Assembly: GCA_004764695.1 (NCBI GenBank)
Contig: SMSO01000031.1
Location: forward strand, 8,228,761-8,292,760
From: Schizochytrium sp. TIO01
Lineage: Eukaryota; Protista; Bigyra: Labyrinthulomycetes
DNA length: 64,000 nucleotides
Direction: 5' to 3'
Each line of letters begins with the position of its first letter. Position 1 is the stretch's first letter. This document shows positions 50,312-62,280 of the stretch, piece after piece. The notes beneath the pieces were generated by a model. That model searched no databases. It saw nothing but the letters and a program-made list of their open reading frames with translations, and was not told the DNA's origin. The position numbers were made by a program, and so were the translations under genes.

Positions 50312-52378
50312 ATGGGTTTAGGCTTCCTGGATGGTGTCAGATCTTTCCTTGGTCGCCGACCAAGGAGGTCTTCTCCTCGCGAGGAAGAGCAACAGCAGCA
50401 ACAAGCAAGGACTGGTGGTACTAGACGGCAACAGCATAACAATGACGCCACAAAGCCACCCTCAACTTTATCCGGAACGGCGCCGTCATCATCATCGTCC
50501 GCAGTCGGGTCATCTCGCAAACGCTGGCATACTGGTCTTGGCAATATTAACAAGGCCGGAAATAGCAACAACAAAAAGAACAACACAATGATTGACACAG
50601 CCGCCCCCCCAAGCTCCTTTGGACACATGATGCTTGTGGCCGATTCGCCAGGAAGCGCAGGGAGCCGCGCAAGTCTGCACTCTCCCTCATCCCATGCTTC
50701 CTCGTCTGCTTCATCCCTTTCTCCCACCGCGGGGATTGCAGCGAAGTGGGACCAAGAAACTCTTAAATTATTTGCAACCCTTAACCATCTCCGCTCTTCG
50801 CGGTCTTTGGAGGACCGCATGCTTCTTTTCGAAGGGGAGTACCACGGCGATGCTGTCTTTGTGCGGGATATCGCTCTCAAGGAAGCCGATGCCTTTGATG
50901 GCAACATTATGAATCTTCAGCATACCGTGGAGCATGTACAGTCTCTCTCACACCCCTGTCTTACTGGAATCGTCATGGCTCAGGTCCTGGCTAAGGAGGA
51001 ACGCCTGGTGGTTCTCTCGCAGCGTGCCGTAGAGAGTGTGGCTGATAAAATCCATAAGAGCCGCAGCCTCTACTATGAGGAGACCCTTACCCGAGAAGAT
51101 GCCATCGACATTGCCCTGGCAGTGTGCGAGGCAGGTGAATACCTCCACAACCACGGCATCTGGCAGCTCAATCTCAAGCCCAGCAGTGTCTTGGTCTTTC
51201 CATGGAGTGACTCCCCTTTTAAACTTTCCGAGTCTTGCATGCACCCCATGCTCCGCGGTGCTTCCCTGGCCAGAAGGCCCCCTCCGGCTCCGGATTGCAC
51301 GGTGCCATCCGTGTCGAGGACCGCTGGCCTGCACAGCTCTGTGTCTTCTTTAGGCCACGTCTCTCGAGCAAATGCAACCATCAATCATACATTCCCGATG
51401 GGCTCCAGTCTTGCAGAATCTTTTGGGTCAGAGAACCCCGAATATCTTGCTGTAGAGCAGCTCGCTGGTGAGGAGAACATCACCCCCAAAGCTGACGTGT
51501 TTTCTTTCGGGATGCTTCTCTGGCAACTCTTGCACTTACGTGCGGCCTACCCCAAGGGTTGGGGACCGCTCATGATTCACAAGAGTCTTCAAGCTGGAAA
51601 CCGTCCGCACTTGGACACAAGTCTTGTTGGTATGGACAGCCCGCTGAGACGTATTATCGAGTTGTGCTGGGCTACAGATCCGTCTCTGCGCCCAACTTTT
51701 TCTGAGGTTCGGCGTATGCTGCTCATAGCTCGCCAGGTACATTTCCACAGCAATCGCTCCTCGAGTCATGTCAACTACAGCTCTCAGGTCATGCAGCCCA
51801 TCCAGCTTCGTGAGCGTAACCCTCGAGGATCTGAGGGAAGCCTTACTGTGGAGATTGGCGAGTACGACTTGCCTTCCCACGAGGAACCTGCGTACTCCTC
51901 ATCTCGTCCCTACGCACGCTCAAGCGGGCATGGTGCATCAGACCCGGCCTTAGATCCGACCATGGCGAGCTCTAGCGACGAAGCAGATCCCGATGAGAAT
52001 AATGATACGACCAATAATTCCGAGTGTGCGTCAGGAAAGTACCAACCAGAGTCTATGTCACCCTCGCCGATCTCTCTTACAGACTGCCCTGTGACTTCTT
52101 CTACGGTTTTCACCGTTGGCCAGAAGGTTTCAGCTTGGTTGCCTCAGACACGACAATATACGGTGTCTACTGTGCGCGCCATTGACCATGAAAAGGCCCT
52201 CTTTGCCATCGCTAAACCATCTCGCCGCATGCAATACTCTGTACCAAAATCCCCTGTCCCCGGCCGTGGCAGAGGCGAACACTATGATGTTCACTTCCAG
52301 CAGCATCATCACCATCACCACCAGGAACCGGACCTTGTCTGGATTGATGAACATAACCTGGTGGCTCACTGCTTGTAA
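50312..52378 (+). CDS. TKL-like protein pseudokinase with C-terminal Tudor-like segment, 688 aa
   Basis: Kinase C-lobe motifs are intact (LSHPCL, PEYLAVE, KADVFSFGMLLWQL, CWATDPSLRPTF). VAVK reads VFVR, HRDLK reads QLNLK and DFG reads ESC. The tail reads FTVGQKVSAW..Y..STVRAID..YDVHF..VWIDEHNL. A short 5'-UTR intron is possible (50177-50290). Confidence 0.85.
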   Translation: MGLGFLDGVRSFLGRRPRRSSPREEEQQQQQARTGGTRRQQHNNDATKPPSTLSGTAPSSSSSAVGSSRKRWHTGLGNINKAGNSNNKKNNTMIDTAAPPSSFGHMMLVADSPGSAGSRASLHSPSSHASSSASSLSPTAGIAAKWDQETLKLFATLNHLRSSRSLEDRMLLFEGEYHGDAVFVRDIALKEADAFDGNIMNLQHTVEHVQSLSHPCLTGIVMAQVLAKEERLVVLSQRAVESVADKIHKSRSLYYEETLTREDAIDIALAVCEAGEYLHNHGIWQLNLKPSSVLVFPWSDSPFKLSESCMHPMLRGASLARRPPPAPDCTVPSVSRTAGLHSSVSSLGHVSRANATINHTFPMGSSLAESFGSENPEYLAVEQLAGEENITPKADVFSFGMLLWQLLHLRAAYPKGWGPLMIHKSLQAGNRPHLDTSLVGMDSPLRRIIELCWATDPSLRPTFSEVRRMLLIARQVHFHSNRSSSHVNYSSQVMQPIQLRERNPRGSEGSLTVEIGEYDLPSHEEPAYSSSRPYARSSGHGASDPALDPTMASSSDEADPDENNDTTNNSECASGKYQPESMSPSPISLTDCPVTSSTVFTVGQKVSAWLPQTRQYTVSTVRAIDHEKALFAIAKPSRRMQYSVPKSPVPGRGRGEHYDVHFQQHHHHHHQEPDLVWIDEHNLVAHCL

Positions 52379-54064
52379 AAGCGCTAGTCACTCTTCTTCT
52401 CTCAACCATTTTTCCTTATTGCGCTCGTCACATCTCAGCGTTCCGCGTAGTATCGAACACCCTAAGGGTCTTTCGCATATGGGTGTGTTCGCCGTTTGTG
52501 TTTAAATTTGGGCTGGGGAGATGAAGTAAGAAGGACTCGAATATTCCCAGAACACTTGCCGGAAATAAAATGGCTTAAAATATCGCTGATCGTAACCCGC
52601 CGCTGTTTCGGGCGACTGGATTCGAACAACTGCAGCGCGTGCTTATTATTAGCAAAGTCTTGGCCTGGCTGGTGGGGAAATGGGCCGCGATAGTTCCGGC
52701 ACCCTGTTTTTATGTAATTGAACTTTTGAGTATTAAATTAAAAACCCCTTTTTGCTTTTCTTTTTTTCTCGTTTCCTGCATCAGTTGCTGCTACTCACTT
52801 TTCATTCAAGTTTTCTTAAATGCTACTTTGGGGTAGAAATCGCATATTTACTCGTTGTTTCTCTGTCTTGGTGTGTGGGTTTGGTTTGTAAACTCAGAAC
52901 GTAACCTTCGATCGATCCATCGTTTTACTTTTTAGTGAACTTCAGGTTAGTCACCAAGCTCAAGCAATCACTCATTATTTAAATCTGTCCTTTGTTTGAT
53001 GAATTCAGAGCTCCGCGTACGATAACACTGCAAAGCTCAAGCTTGTACGTAAGTGTTGGTGGACAATCGATCATTTATTCTTGGGTGAGAACTCGAGCCA
53101 AAGCAAGTCGCTTATTGTCGAAGCTATATTTACGAAGTGAGTTGTCACACTCCCTTATCATGGGAGTATTATTGCACAGATAAGTAGATACACGCCACTT
53201 TATTAACCAGATTCCAAACTATATAGAGAAACCTGCTATTTTCCATTTAGATTTGCCACTGGAGTCTAAACAGTTTGCAGTGACATCCGGGGCAATAGCA
53301 GTTTGATCAAACATACTCCTGTTCAATACACGTAAATTTCCGTGGAGAGAGCACCAGATAAGAAATATACTGACTGCCCAAGGGAGTCTCAAGAAGGTAT
53401 CTCTTCATCTGGTGTTTCATATTTCGACTCCAAAAACTGTATTATATGGTCAATTTAATGATGCAGAGATCGACTGTTTCTATGTGACCTACATCAGATA
53501 GCCATAGTATTCATAAACGACAATAATCATATCATAATAAAATTGGGCTATTTCATTTTTTATACTTCTACTATAAAGCACATATTCTTAGAGGCCTACA
53601 ACTTGGAGTCCAGGTTCATGTTTTTTGTTTTTTTTAATTACATGTGCGTTTTTACTTAGTTGCTATGGTCATCCATGAAGCTCATACTTACGTACCAGGA
53701 TTGGCTAGGCTTCGATTTGTTGCCAGAAAATGAACGAATGGCGGTTGTACTAAAGCTCGTAATAGAGTTGATAGGTTTAAACAGGAGAAAGATATTGGAA
53801 GCAAGAATGCTTGAAGCGTTGTGCCTTAGCGTCGCCTTTCATCTCAAAAGCAAGGTTGCAAGAGAAGTTTACTTGCTACTATAGTGTTTTTTTGTTGTTG
53901 TTTTTGTATCAGGAAAATAGGTAATTTCGAAAGAAAAAAAGCCTGTGGATGGAGATGGTGGTTCTTTGCGAGCAAATGCATCGGAAGCAAACCTCTAACT
54001 GACAGAAGATCAGCCAAGTCACTCCCGATCATTGTTTGGTTCCAGCATATATACGTTTAAGCAA

Positions 54065-55246
54065 ATGATAAATTCAGTTGCATTTCGTTCTGTTCATCCT
54101 AGACATTGGGCAGGTCATTGGTTGAGAAGAAAATGTCATGGTGCTACTCTTCTTGTCACGTGTGTACTTTTCCTGCATGCAATTGTCCCAATTCAAGGCT
54201 GTCGCTGGGCAATCCTTGCCTCGCAAGACGCTCCATCGCAAGCAGAAGTTCTTGTTTCACGCACGTCGCATAGCCTAGCAAGACAATCCTTTGCAGCCCC
54301 ACGCACTCCATGGTTAGCAGAAGGCAAATTTTACAGCCCGACCAAACTTTGGGCTGATCAATGGACTCATTTAGATGGATGGGGCATAGGAGCCTATGAT
54401 TTGGAATCAAAACGCCCTATACGATTTCGTAGTGAAGTAGGTGCTGTAAACGAAACCTCATATAAAGTAAACCCTGATCTCGAACGTGTTGCTCGAAACA
54501 CGAGCTCTCACATCCTCATGGCGCACATTCGAGCGAGCTCCGATGGAGATCCCCACGAGGTGAATTCGCATCCTTTCGTATTTGATCAACTCCTGTGGAT
54601 GCATCACGGGGGGTGGACCGACCGGGATGCGCTAGAATCCATGCTTGACAAAGAGAATATCAAACCGAGTAACGTTTCGCAAGGTGTCACAGATTCGGAA
54701 TACATGGGTACCATATTCGCTAGCCACCTTGGAGGGCACGTATGTGAGCGCTCAAAGTACACAATGAAAGAGCTCTGCCGTGCCATGGTTGAAACCATCA
54801 ATGATCTACAAGACTTGAGTGACAAAGTGGATGCCCCGAGTTCTCTTAATTTCGCTGTTTCAGATGGGCGTCATTTGATTGCTACTCGCTATCGTACTAA
54901 TGATGAAGATCCGCCAGCATTGTACTACTCGATAGGCTCCAAATGGAATGAAACCACTGAAAAGTTCGATATACTCGCAATGCCTGATTCGAATCGACAA
55001 AATCATCACATTCTCCAAGGAAGTATGCTTTTGATTGCGTCAGAACCTCTAGCCCATGAATTTGAAAATAAGGGTTGGCAACTACTTATAAAGGACCAAA
55101 TGTTGACTTATGACGTTCAGACTGGACACATGCGCCTTTATTGCTTATCTGAACGATGTGTACACGATTATGAATTCCGAAGACATCTATATCAAGATTG
55201 CTCTCTCGTCCCATCGCCTTTGCTTCAACGTGATTCGAATGAATAA
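54065..55246 (+). CDS. Class II glutamine amidotransferase / Ntn-hydrolase (EgtC/Dug3-like) with N-terminal signal-like segment, ~393 aa
   Basis: CRW at 54200, DGWGIGAY, AHIRAS, NSHPF, WMHHG, TDSE, LNFAVSDG..IATRY, ALYY, IASEPL. The first in-frame ATG is 54065. Confidence 0.88.
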   Translation: MINSVAFRSVHPRHWAGHWLRRKCHGATLLVTCVLFLHAIVPIQGCRWAILASQDAPSQAEVLVSRTSHSLARQSFAAPRTPWLAEGKFYSPTKLWADQWTHLDGWGIGAYDLESKRPIRFRSEVGAVNETSYKVNPDLERVARNTSSHILMAHIRASSDGDPHEVNSHPFVFDQLLWMHHGGWTDRDALESMLDKENIKPSNVSQGVTDSEYMGTIFASHLGGHVCERSKYTMKELCRAMVETINDLQDLSDKVDAPSSLNFAVSDGRHLIATRYRTNDEDPPALYYSIGSKWNETTEKFDILAMPDSNRQNHHILQGSMLLIASEPLAHEFENKGWQLLIKDQMLTYDVQTGHMRLYCLSERCVHDYEFRRHLYQDCSLVPSPLLQRDSNE

Positions 55247-56550
55247 ATCTAATAAAATATGTAATTTTGAACACCACTCACATGTTTGTGAACAGTCATC
55301 AAGACCTGACTTCAAAGTTATTGCTTATTTCCCTGCAAATTGGGAAACTGCAGCACCGCGGTAGTAAAAAGGCAATCTACAAAGATGCAACGTTGTTTCG
55401 TATTTGACAGTGTTAAGATCGATCACTGGAAGGACCAGCAATCCTACACGAATAGAATAGGGCTGTAGGGGCTCAGTGGTAACACTCTCAACCTATGTGA
55501 GGTACATGAGGAGGTAGGTTGGCGATGAACCTGAGGCTTTCCACACCATCAAGTCAGAGGTATGAATCTGTCCACAAGAACTTATTAGATTATAGAGACG
55601 GAGAACCAGACTAATAACTATAGAACACTTTACCTCTAATGATCTTCGGATGATTCGTAGAGAAATATTTTAACTATACTGATCAGACAACCTGAAGTAT
55701 TCCACCAAGGTAGGCAGATCGCTCCCTAGCAAGCCCAAACGCCTTAGTCTTCAATTGTCACTGTACATCTATTGACCACATCTTTATCAGTCAGCCTCCA
55801 AGTTCATAGGTATCAATCTTCAGTAGACACGCTGGACTCTTCATAACCATTCAGGGGATATGACACCTCATTTTCAGTATGCTCCATAAAAAATTTGTTC
55901 ATGATTCTATATTGGTGACAAAATTAACAATCTCAGAAGAATGGGGGTTCAATACAAGCGGGACCATCAACATCTTTTAGCAAGTCTCAGGACACACGAA
56001 CCTGATTATGAATATTCATTTTCATTTTCTCTAATAGCCAGCAGTGCTAAGAACTCATGCTAACTAAATAATTGCGCATTTTAAATTGTCAGAACTTCTC
56101 GAATCTGGATTGACAGGGGAGGTTTAATTTCGTTATACCTGGGTGATTGATGCTTTGGGATGAAGTCGATGAAATAACCATGGATCGATTTTCAATACCC
56201 GCAGATTGCTGAGGCAGGATATTCAGTTATGAACCATTCGAATCTGATCCAAGGACTCTTGATTTGAACTCACCCCGCCTACTTTCGCTATGACGATCAG
56301 TGTTGCCCTTTTTAGGTTTAAAAGAAACACAGAAGCATATTGGAACACTCAAAGTTATCTTCAGCACCTTTGGCTTCTTTGACTACTCTTTAACTTGGTT
56401 TTGCGCAGTTTGAAAGAAGAAGGAAAGGCGTATTGTAATTTTCCAAACCTTTTTTTTTTCTTCTTGAAAACAGAAATACAATAGAAAAGTATATAAACTA
56501 TTAATATGTTATATGTACATATACAACAGGACGGAAATTGCAGCCCGCAA

Positions 56551-58525
56551 TTAGCTCTGAAGAGAGAGACTTAAAAATGGCGTGAGTCTTAGAGAAAGGA
56601 TCTGAACTTGCTCATCTATTGCGAGTTTTTCTCGCTCGAGAGCCTGGACCTCGCGTTTCTTTGGGTGGTCCTCTACAATATGCTGCCATTGTTGAGAATG
56701 AGCCGAACTTGAACGCTGACGCTTGCGGATTCTACGCAGTGGAAGTCCAAATTTCTGAGAAATTGCATATGAACACTGTAACTCGTCTAGAGTCTGCCTG
56801 CTCTGGGCTAGCTCCGCGCGCAGACATTCCAAGGTACTGTTAAGTTGAACCTCTTGCTCGACACGCCCAAGCTGAAATTCCATGCTCTGGGGGGTTAGTT
56901 CCGAGATGACCTGTAAAGAACCAAAATGATTAGCGAACCTGTGACGAAAGTTAAATTGAAACCATCAAAGGACGGCAGAATCAATGCCAGTTAGTGGAAA
57001 TTTCCATGTTTTCAGTTTTGTTGTTCTAATTTTGTGCTTGCCCTTTCCTTTGCAATAAAGGGCATTTTATTATTTTTTTTTAAGAACACGTACGTAAGTT
57101 CGATCAGCGTAGTATTTACAGCAAGGCTCTCTGCAAGTACAGCTGCACTTTCGGGGGATAGTCGATTTCCCAAGAAGCTGATACGATCATCAACAACAAA
57201 CGTTAGTCAGGGCTTGCGCAATTTGTGTTTGGACCAGGTCTTTCTCACTTACTCAAGTCTCTTTAGGGTTTTGTTCAAAGCAAGCGCTGCTGCAAGCGCT
57301 TGTATACCGCGGAACCCAATATTGTTGCTACCTATCCTGTATATACGTATTCCATAGAGTGATTGTTAGGAAACATGCTTAAGAATCAAGATTCAAACCC
57401 TTATTTCCTGTAAAACCTTACGTACTTAAGCGTCCGCAGAGTAGTATTTACTTTAATAGCGTCCGCAAGGGCAAGTGCTCCTTGATCCCCGATGTTGTTT
57501 CCTGCGAGGCTAGAAATATGAAATTAAGAAAGGAAAAGAAAAAAGAAAAAACTCGAGGCTGATGTCAGATAAACCTTTATAAAACCTTGGATTTTCATCA
57601 TATTCCCTTTTCAAACGTACTTGAGCTCTTCTATTATGTGGTTTGTCCTTAACACCTTTGCAAATGCTTTTGCGCCTTCCGGGCCAATATCATTACCGCA
57701 GATGCTGTTTGGGTTTCGTTTTGCGCAAGAAAGGATGTCTCAAAATTATTTCGAACAATAATCGGTTGTATTGGTTTCTAGGTAAGTCATTCACTGTCAT
57801 TAACGAGTTTCTTCATCTTAGGAAATACACAAGTAATACTTACGAAATATTTCTGAGAGAGTGGTTATGATGTAACATTGAAGCAAGAGATTTGGCACCA
57901 TCCACACCTAGCATATTGTCATGCAGACTATACCATAAAGAATTAAGTGAGAAAAAAGATCGGCTATCATAGAACTGTGAGTTGTAGCGAACGTACTTGA
58001 GGATCTCCAATTTATCGTTATTCTCCAAAGTCGTAGCCAGACGTTTAGCTCCACGCGGTCCAATGCGATTAAATTGAAGACTGAAAGTATTTACAATAAA
58101 ATGTCCAGCAGTCGTTCATTCGAACAAATTAGTATATTTATGCAAAGGTTAGCACTCAGAGCCGAATGTGAAATTGTCGATATCCATCTCCGTAAAATCT
58201 ATTTTTTGTATAAATGTACGACTTACCTAATAGATCGAAGCATGTTCTCCTCATCCAAAATAGTCGCCAGCGCTTCGGCTCCCTTGTCCCCGATGTTGCT
58301 GCTCAAAAGACTATATTATTTGTTGAATGTTTTTTTTGTCAGCGTAAATTAATCTACGAACGTCAAGCTAAAGCTTCATTCCAAAGCTCTTCTAACTTAC
58401 GAGAGCTGGGTCATAGATGGACGGCAAGCAAACGCCTTGATGACCTTTTGTTCTCCATCGTCATCCCGAGTACTTGTCAAACTGTAGTCATATGTGAAAG
58501 CAGACGCTAAAGCAAGCTGTGACAT
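56551..58525 (-). CDS. Ribonuclease-inhibitor-type (NLRC3-like) LRR protein with coiled-coil tail; 9 exons, ~366 aa
   Basis: Exons 58525-58401, 58310-58227, 58080-57997, 57927-57844, 57704-57621, 57509-57426, 57336-57253, 57177-57094, 56938-56551. All introns are GTAAGT/GTACGT..AG. Repeats of the type LxxNxIGxxGAxALAxxLxxNxxLxxL. The start is uncertain (another ATG at 58641). Confidence 0.88.
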
Positions 58526-61500
58526 TGTGAGAAATAATGATTCTTAACCTCCTGTAGTATATAGATCACCTACGACATTCCGCTTAAACGCATGATCTCT
58601 AGTGCATCCCGGATTGCATCCTGGGGAGGCAGTCTCGCCATGACGCGCAATAGGTCTTCAACTGTTTTGGTTTTCAGTGAGACGCTGACACGAACAGATG
58701 GCAACGGCCTGAGAAACCTGAGGAGCAAAGTTTCGGGTCTGCTGTTGTGATACTAGTGACGATCCACAATCATTCTCATCACTTCAGCCGGGTTGGAACT
58801 TACAGCCTGAGTGATCGTTCTTTTTGTAAAATCTCAAGACGCAACCTGAGTTGCTAGCCTGGTCTACCAAGTGCAAGTTTAATGAAAAACTGAAGAGGGA
58901 ATGCCAGAGCCTATGGATCGCAGAATTCTTGGCATGGTCGCCTTAGCAAAAGCCAAGGGAGAGAGAGCGCGCATGGCCGCCTTATTAGAATGAAGGTGGC
59001 GATGAATGAACTAATCGAAATCGGTCACAGAGGCTCTATGGGTATTGATTGTCGATCGCGAAAGGATGCCACACGCCAAGCTCTTCCCGGAATGAAGCGC
59101 TTCAATTTTATATGACAACAGTAGTAAGTCTATGACGCTTCAAGTTTGCATCAGTTCCGGGGAGGGGAAGTTTTCTTTTTTCTTTTCTTTTGGAGAGACA
59201 GAGAAAAAAAAAAAAAGGGGAGAAAAGCTAAGATGCTACTACTGATACTGTTATGTGTTCTGGGTTTAGGTTGCTCGTATAATTGAATAGAAAAGAACTG
59301 AAGTTACTAGAAGTCGGTGCTTCTTTCAGGCAACAGCGCCAGGCTAAAAGCCTCGGCCCAATCAGAAAGTCATCCCATCGTTTGATTAATCGGCAGAAAC
59401 AGGTATTGGCCATGAGTGGGTGGTGGCTTCAAGCTGCAATGATAAGTTTTTTATCTCTGCCAATATCTAGGTGTACTAGTAAGAGCACAAGCTTGCTTAC
59501 AACCGGTACGACTAGCATTTGTTAGTATTACAGCTAGGCAGCAGTAGGTATATATAGCAGAACAAGAGGCGAACAATGCTGGCTGGGTGTCTGCAGGTTG
59601 CACAGTGCGCACCTCGGTTCCATAGCAGCAGGTACTTCTACTACCAGGACATTTTTGCAATTTTTATTGCTAAAAGTAGGAACCTAGTGATGAACATGGA
59701 TGAAAAGTGGGTCCGAGGCTCCCTGTGATGATTGCAGAATTGAAACAATAAATGTTGAAAAGCTACTACTTGTAGTACTACATTTTCAGTTGGCTTCGTC
59801 ACTGAGGCGATCTTCTGGCGCGCTACTCATCTTTTCCAAATATCTCCAAATAGATTTGTTATTATTCAATAATGCAGTAGGTAGTATTTTTAACTGAGTA
59901 ACTCTGCAGTTGCTTATTCCTGCATTTACCCTGAAACTGCAAGGTGCTACTAAACAGAAGAGCCACTACGGTCAGGCTTCTTGGAATCGGGATTCAGAAT
60001 CTCATCATAATCGTTTTAAGTTTAATCATGTGTTTTCCTAACCCACCTTCCTCCGAAATTCATCAAAGTCGACAGAAGCTAAAGCGACGCATAAGAATAA
60101 GAAAGCTTACTACTACCTATCGGGTAATCATCGCCCGTTGCATCTCGTATAACTTAGTTAGCTTTGCAGTTTGCAAGAAAAAGCATCTTAATTCTGACTT
60201 TGAATTGCTCGGTTTAGCCTACAATAAATAATTAAGATCAAGTAGTCCATGTTGATGTCACATGTTGCGCAAGGAAAGCCAGAAAACTTGTGCGAGGTAC
60301 TGAACTAGATTGTATATCTTCATGACACGCGTGTTAGTGTTTCTTAGAATTCTTTTCTTTCTCGGTTAAGGACCTCAACTTCACTGTCTTTTTGCTTTTG
60401 AATTCTCTGCAGGATCGATCAGTGAAGTACTTCATTCGTTTCAGCATTTTCAAGTTATTTTCTTGAATTCCCCTTTTCAATGTCGTATTTTCCGGGAGAG
60501 TAGCTCTACTTGAGGACAGTACGTTCTGGATGTAGTACTCAATTGCACGGTGGCGAGGCTAGAGAGTAAAGTGTAGGATCCTTTTGGTTATTATTTAAAT
60601 GTCCTTGTTGCAGAAACGCCACGCCTAACATTGGCAAAGTAAAGAACACACCAAAGAATGTTGCCAAAAAGCAATAGCACTTCTTCAACTTTTTCTTCTT
60701 TTTTTCGTACTACCTCGGTACTAACCACTCAATTGAGGCGAACAGGCACGAACTTGAGTTATCCGAAGGAACCCTCGAGGACGAAATTGAAGCCCCATTG
60801 TAGTGACCTGCCTGCTGCAATAGGCTGGGTAGAAATTGAGGTCAAGGTATTGTTTTAAACTTGTGATTCTTTCATTGAAAGTAAAGGTTTGCAAAGAATT
60901 GATAACAAGACAATGTTGACCAGCCTGCATAGTTGCAATGATTTATGGATCGTGCAGGCAAGGAAAGACTGTGGACTACGAGTTAAAATGAAAAATATTA
61001 ATTTCACTTTCATGGTTACACTGACCACGGAGGGAAGAGAAAGGTAGTAGGCGGTGAGAGCTGCCGTGAATTGTGCATGCGGGCTTCAAGCTTTCTATTC
61101 GCGTTCGCCCAGATATTAAAGAAGAATGGATGTAATGAAGTTGACCTTGTACATTCATTACAAATACGGATAACTAGGGACTAGTACCTAGTAGTACGTC
61201 CCAAGTGCTAGAAATTACAACCGGAAAAAGAAAATTTGAAAGAAAAATAGGTTAGAAGATAAGCTAGGTACTTTTTAGAACCATGACGAACTTGAAGTAT
61301 TCATAAAAGCACAGCGGACAGAGACAAAGAAAAAAAAAGAATAAATTAAACAATAGTAGTGAGATAAAAACAGGGTGGCTCCTAAGTGTACTCGTAAGTA
61401 AGTTGATAGGTAGGCCTACTATCAATTAGGTAAGTAGGTACCCAGTATTAAGTAAAGATGAGAAGAAAATACAGTAGGTACCGACTGCCTCAACAAAGGA

Positions 61501-62280
61501 TATCTACAATGAGTCGTTCTCCATTTGTATGACACAACCAAGCCCGAAATTACTACTTGAAATAGGATTCGTGTGACTTGGAGGTAAGCACTCCTGAGAA
61601 GTAGTAGCTCAATACGTACCTCTAGCTAGGTACTTCCTCCTGCGTTTAGTTTTTTCATGCAATCACAGCTTTGACCAAAAAAAAAGCAGCGCTCCTACAG
61701 TAATCTATATTAATTTGCTATTGCGCAAGATGCTTGCGATTGTCGTGCAGTTTTGTTCGCACATTGCTTGCGAGTTGACTGACTTTTAGAGTATCTTCAT
61801 GATCTTCACGCCATCGAAAGAGACAACTCTGCAGTCTGATCTTGCTCAGTTTGTGCCATCTCGCGCAAGCTCTGTGAGCAGTGGGTATGAACTGCAACAC
61901 ATGATGTAGAAGTTGCACTCCTTTTGGTTGTTCTTGTTGCGCGCTATTTTCTGTTCTTGTTACTCTTGTTGTTGTTGGCGACGATGACGAAGACGATGAA
62001 AATAAGGCAACCTTCAAGCTAAGTTCTTGGTAGGGTAAAATAACGAGCCTGCTCGTTGCGGAGAAGGGAGGAGAAAGAGATATAGGTTATACTTTATCAA
62101 GCGGATATGCAGGATGCTTTCTGTGGAGAAGTGGGCTACAGCATCACAAGAAGTTAGCATAGCTAGTTGTCAGGTGTCAGCCCAAGGTCTCTGCGTGAAG
62201 GAGAGACTGTAGGGAATAGCCGCATACTCTTAACATGCAAACAGTCAAACTAAAGATAAGACAACCTGCTGACTGCTTCT

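Noticed and set aside
55460-55540. GCTCAGTGGTAACAC resembling a tRNA D-arm or A-box
   Set aside because: No T-arm GTTCRA and no cloverleaf.
55740-55860. TSIDHIFIS..SRH resembling a non-LTR retrotransposon APE endonuclease end
   Set aside because: A single short motif with stops; no other endonuclease or RT motifs found nearby.
61718-62017. F-box-like LLHHVLQFIP..CARWHKLS
   Set aside because: No ATG or convincing upstream exon, and the spacing is too short; at best a relic.
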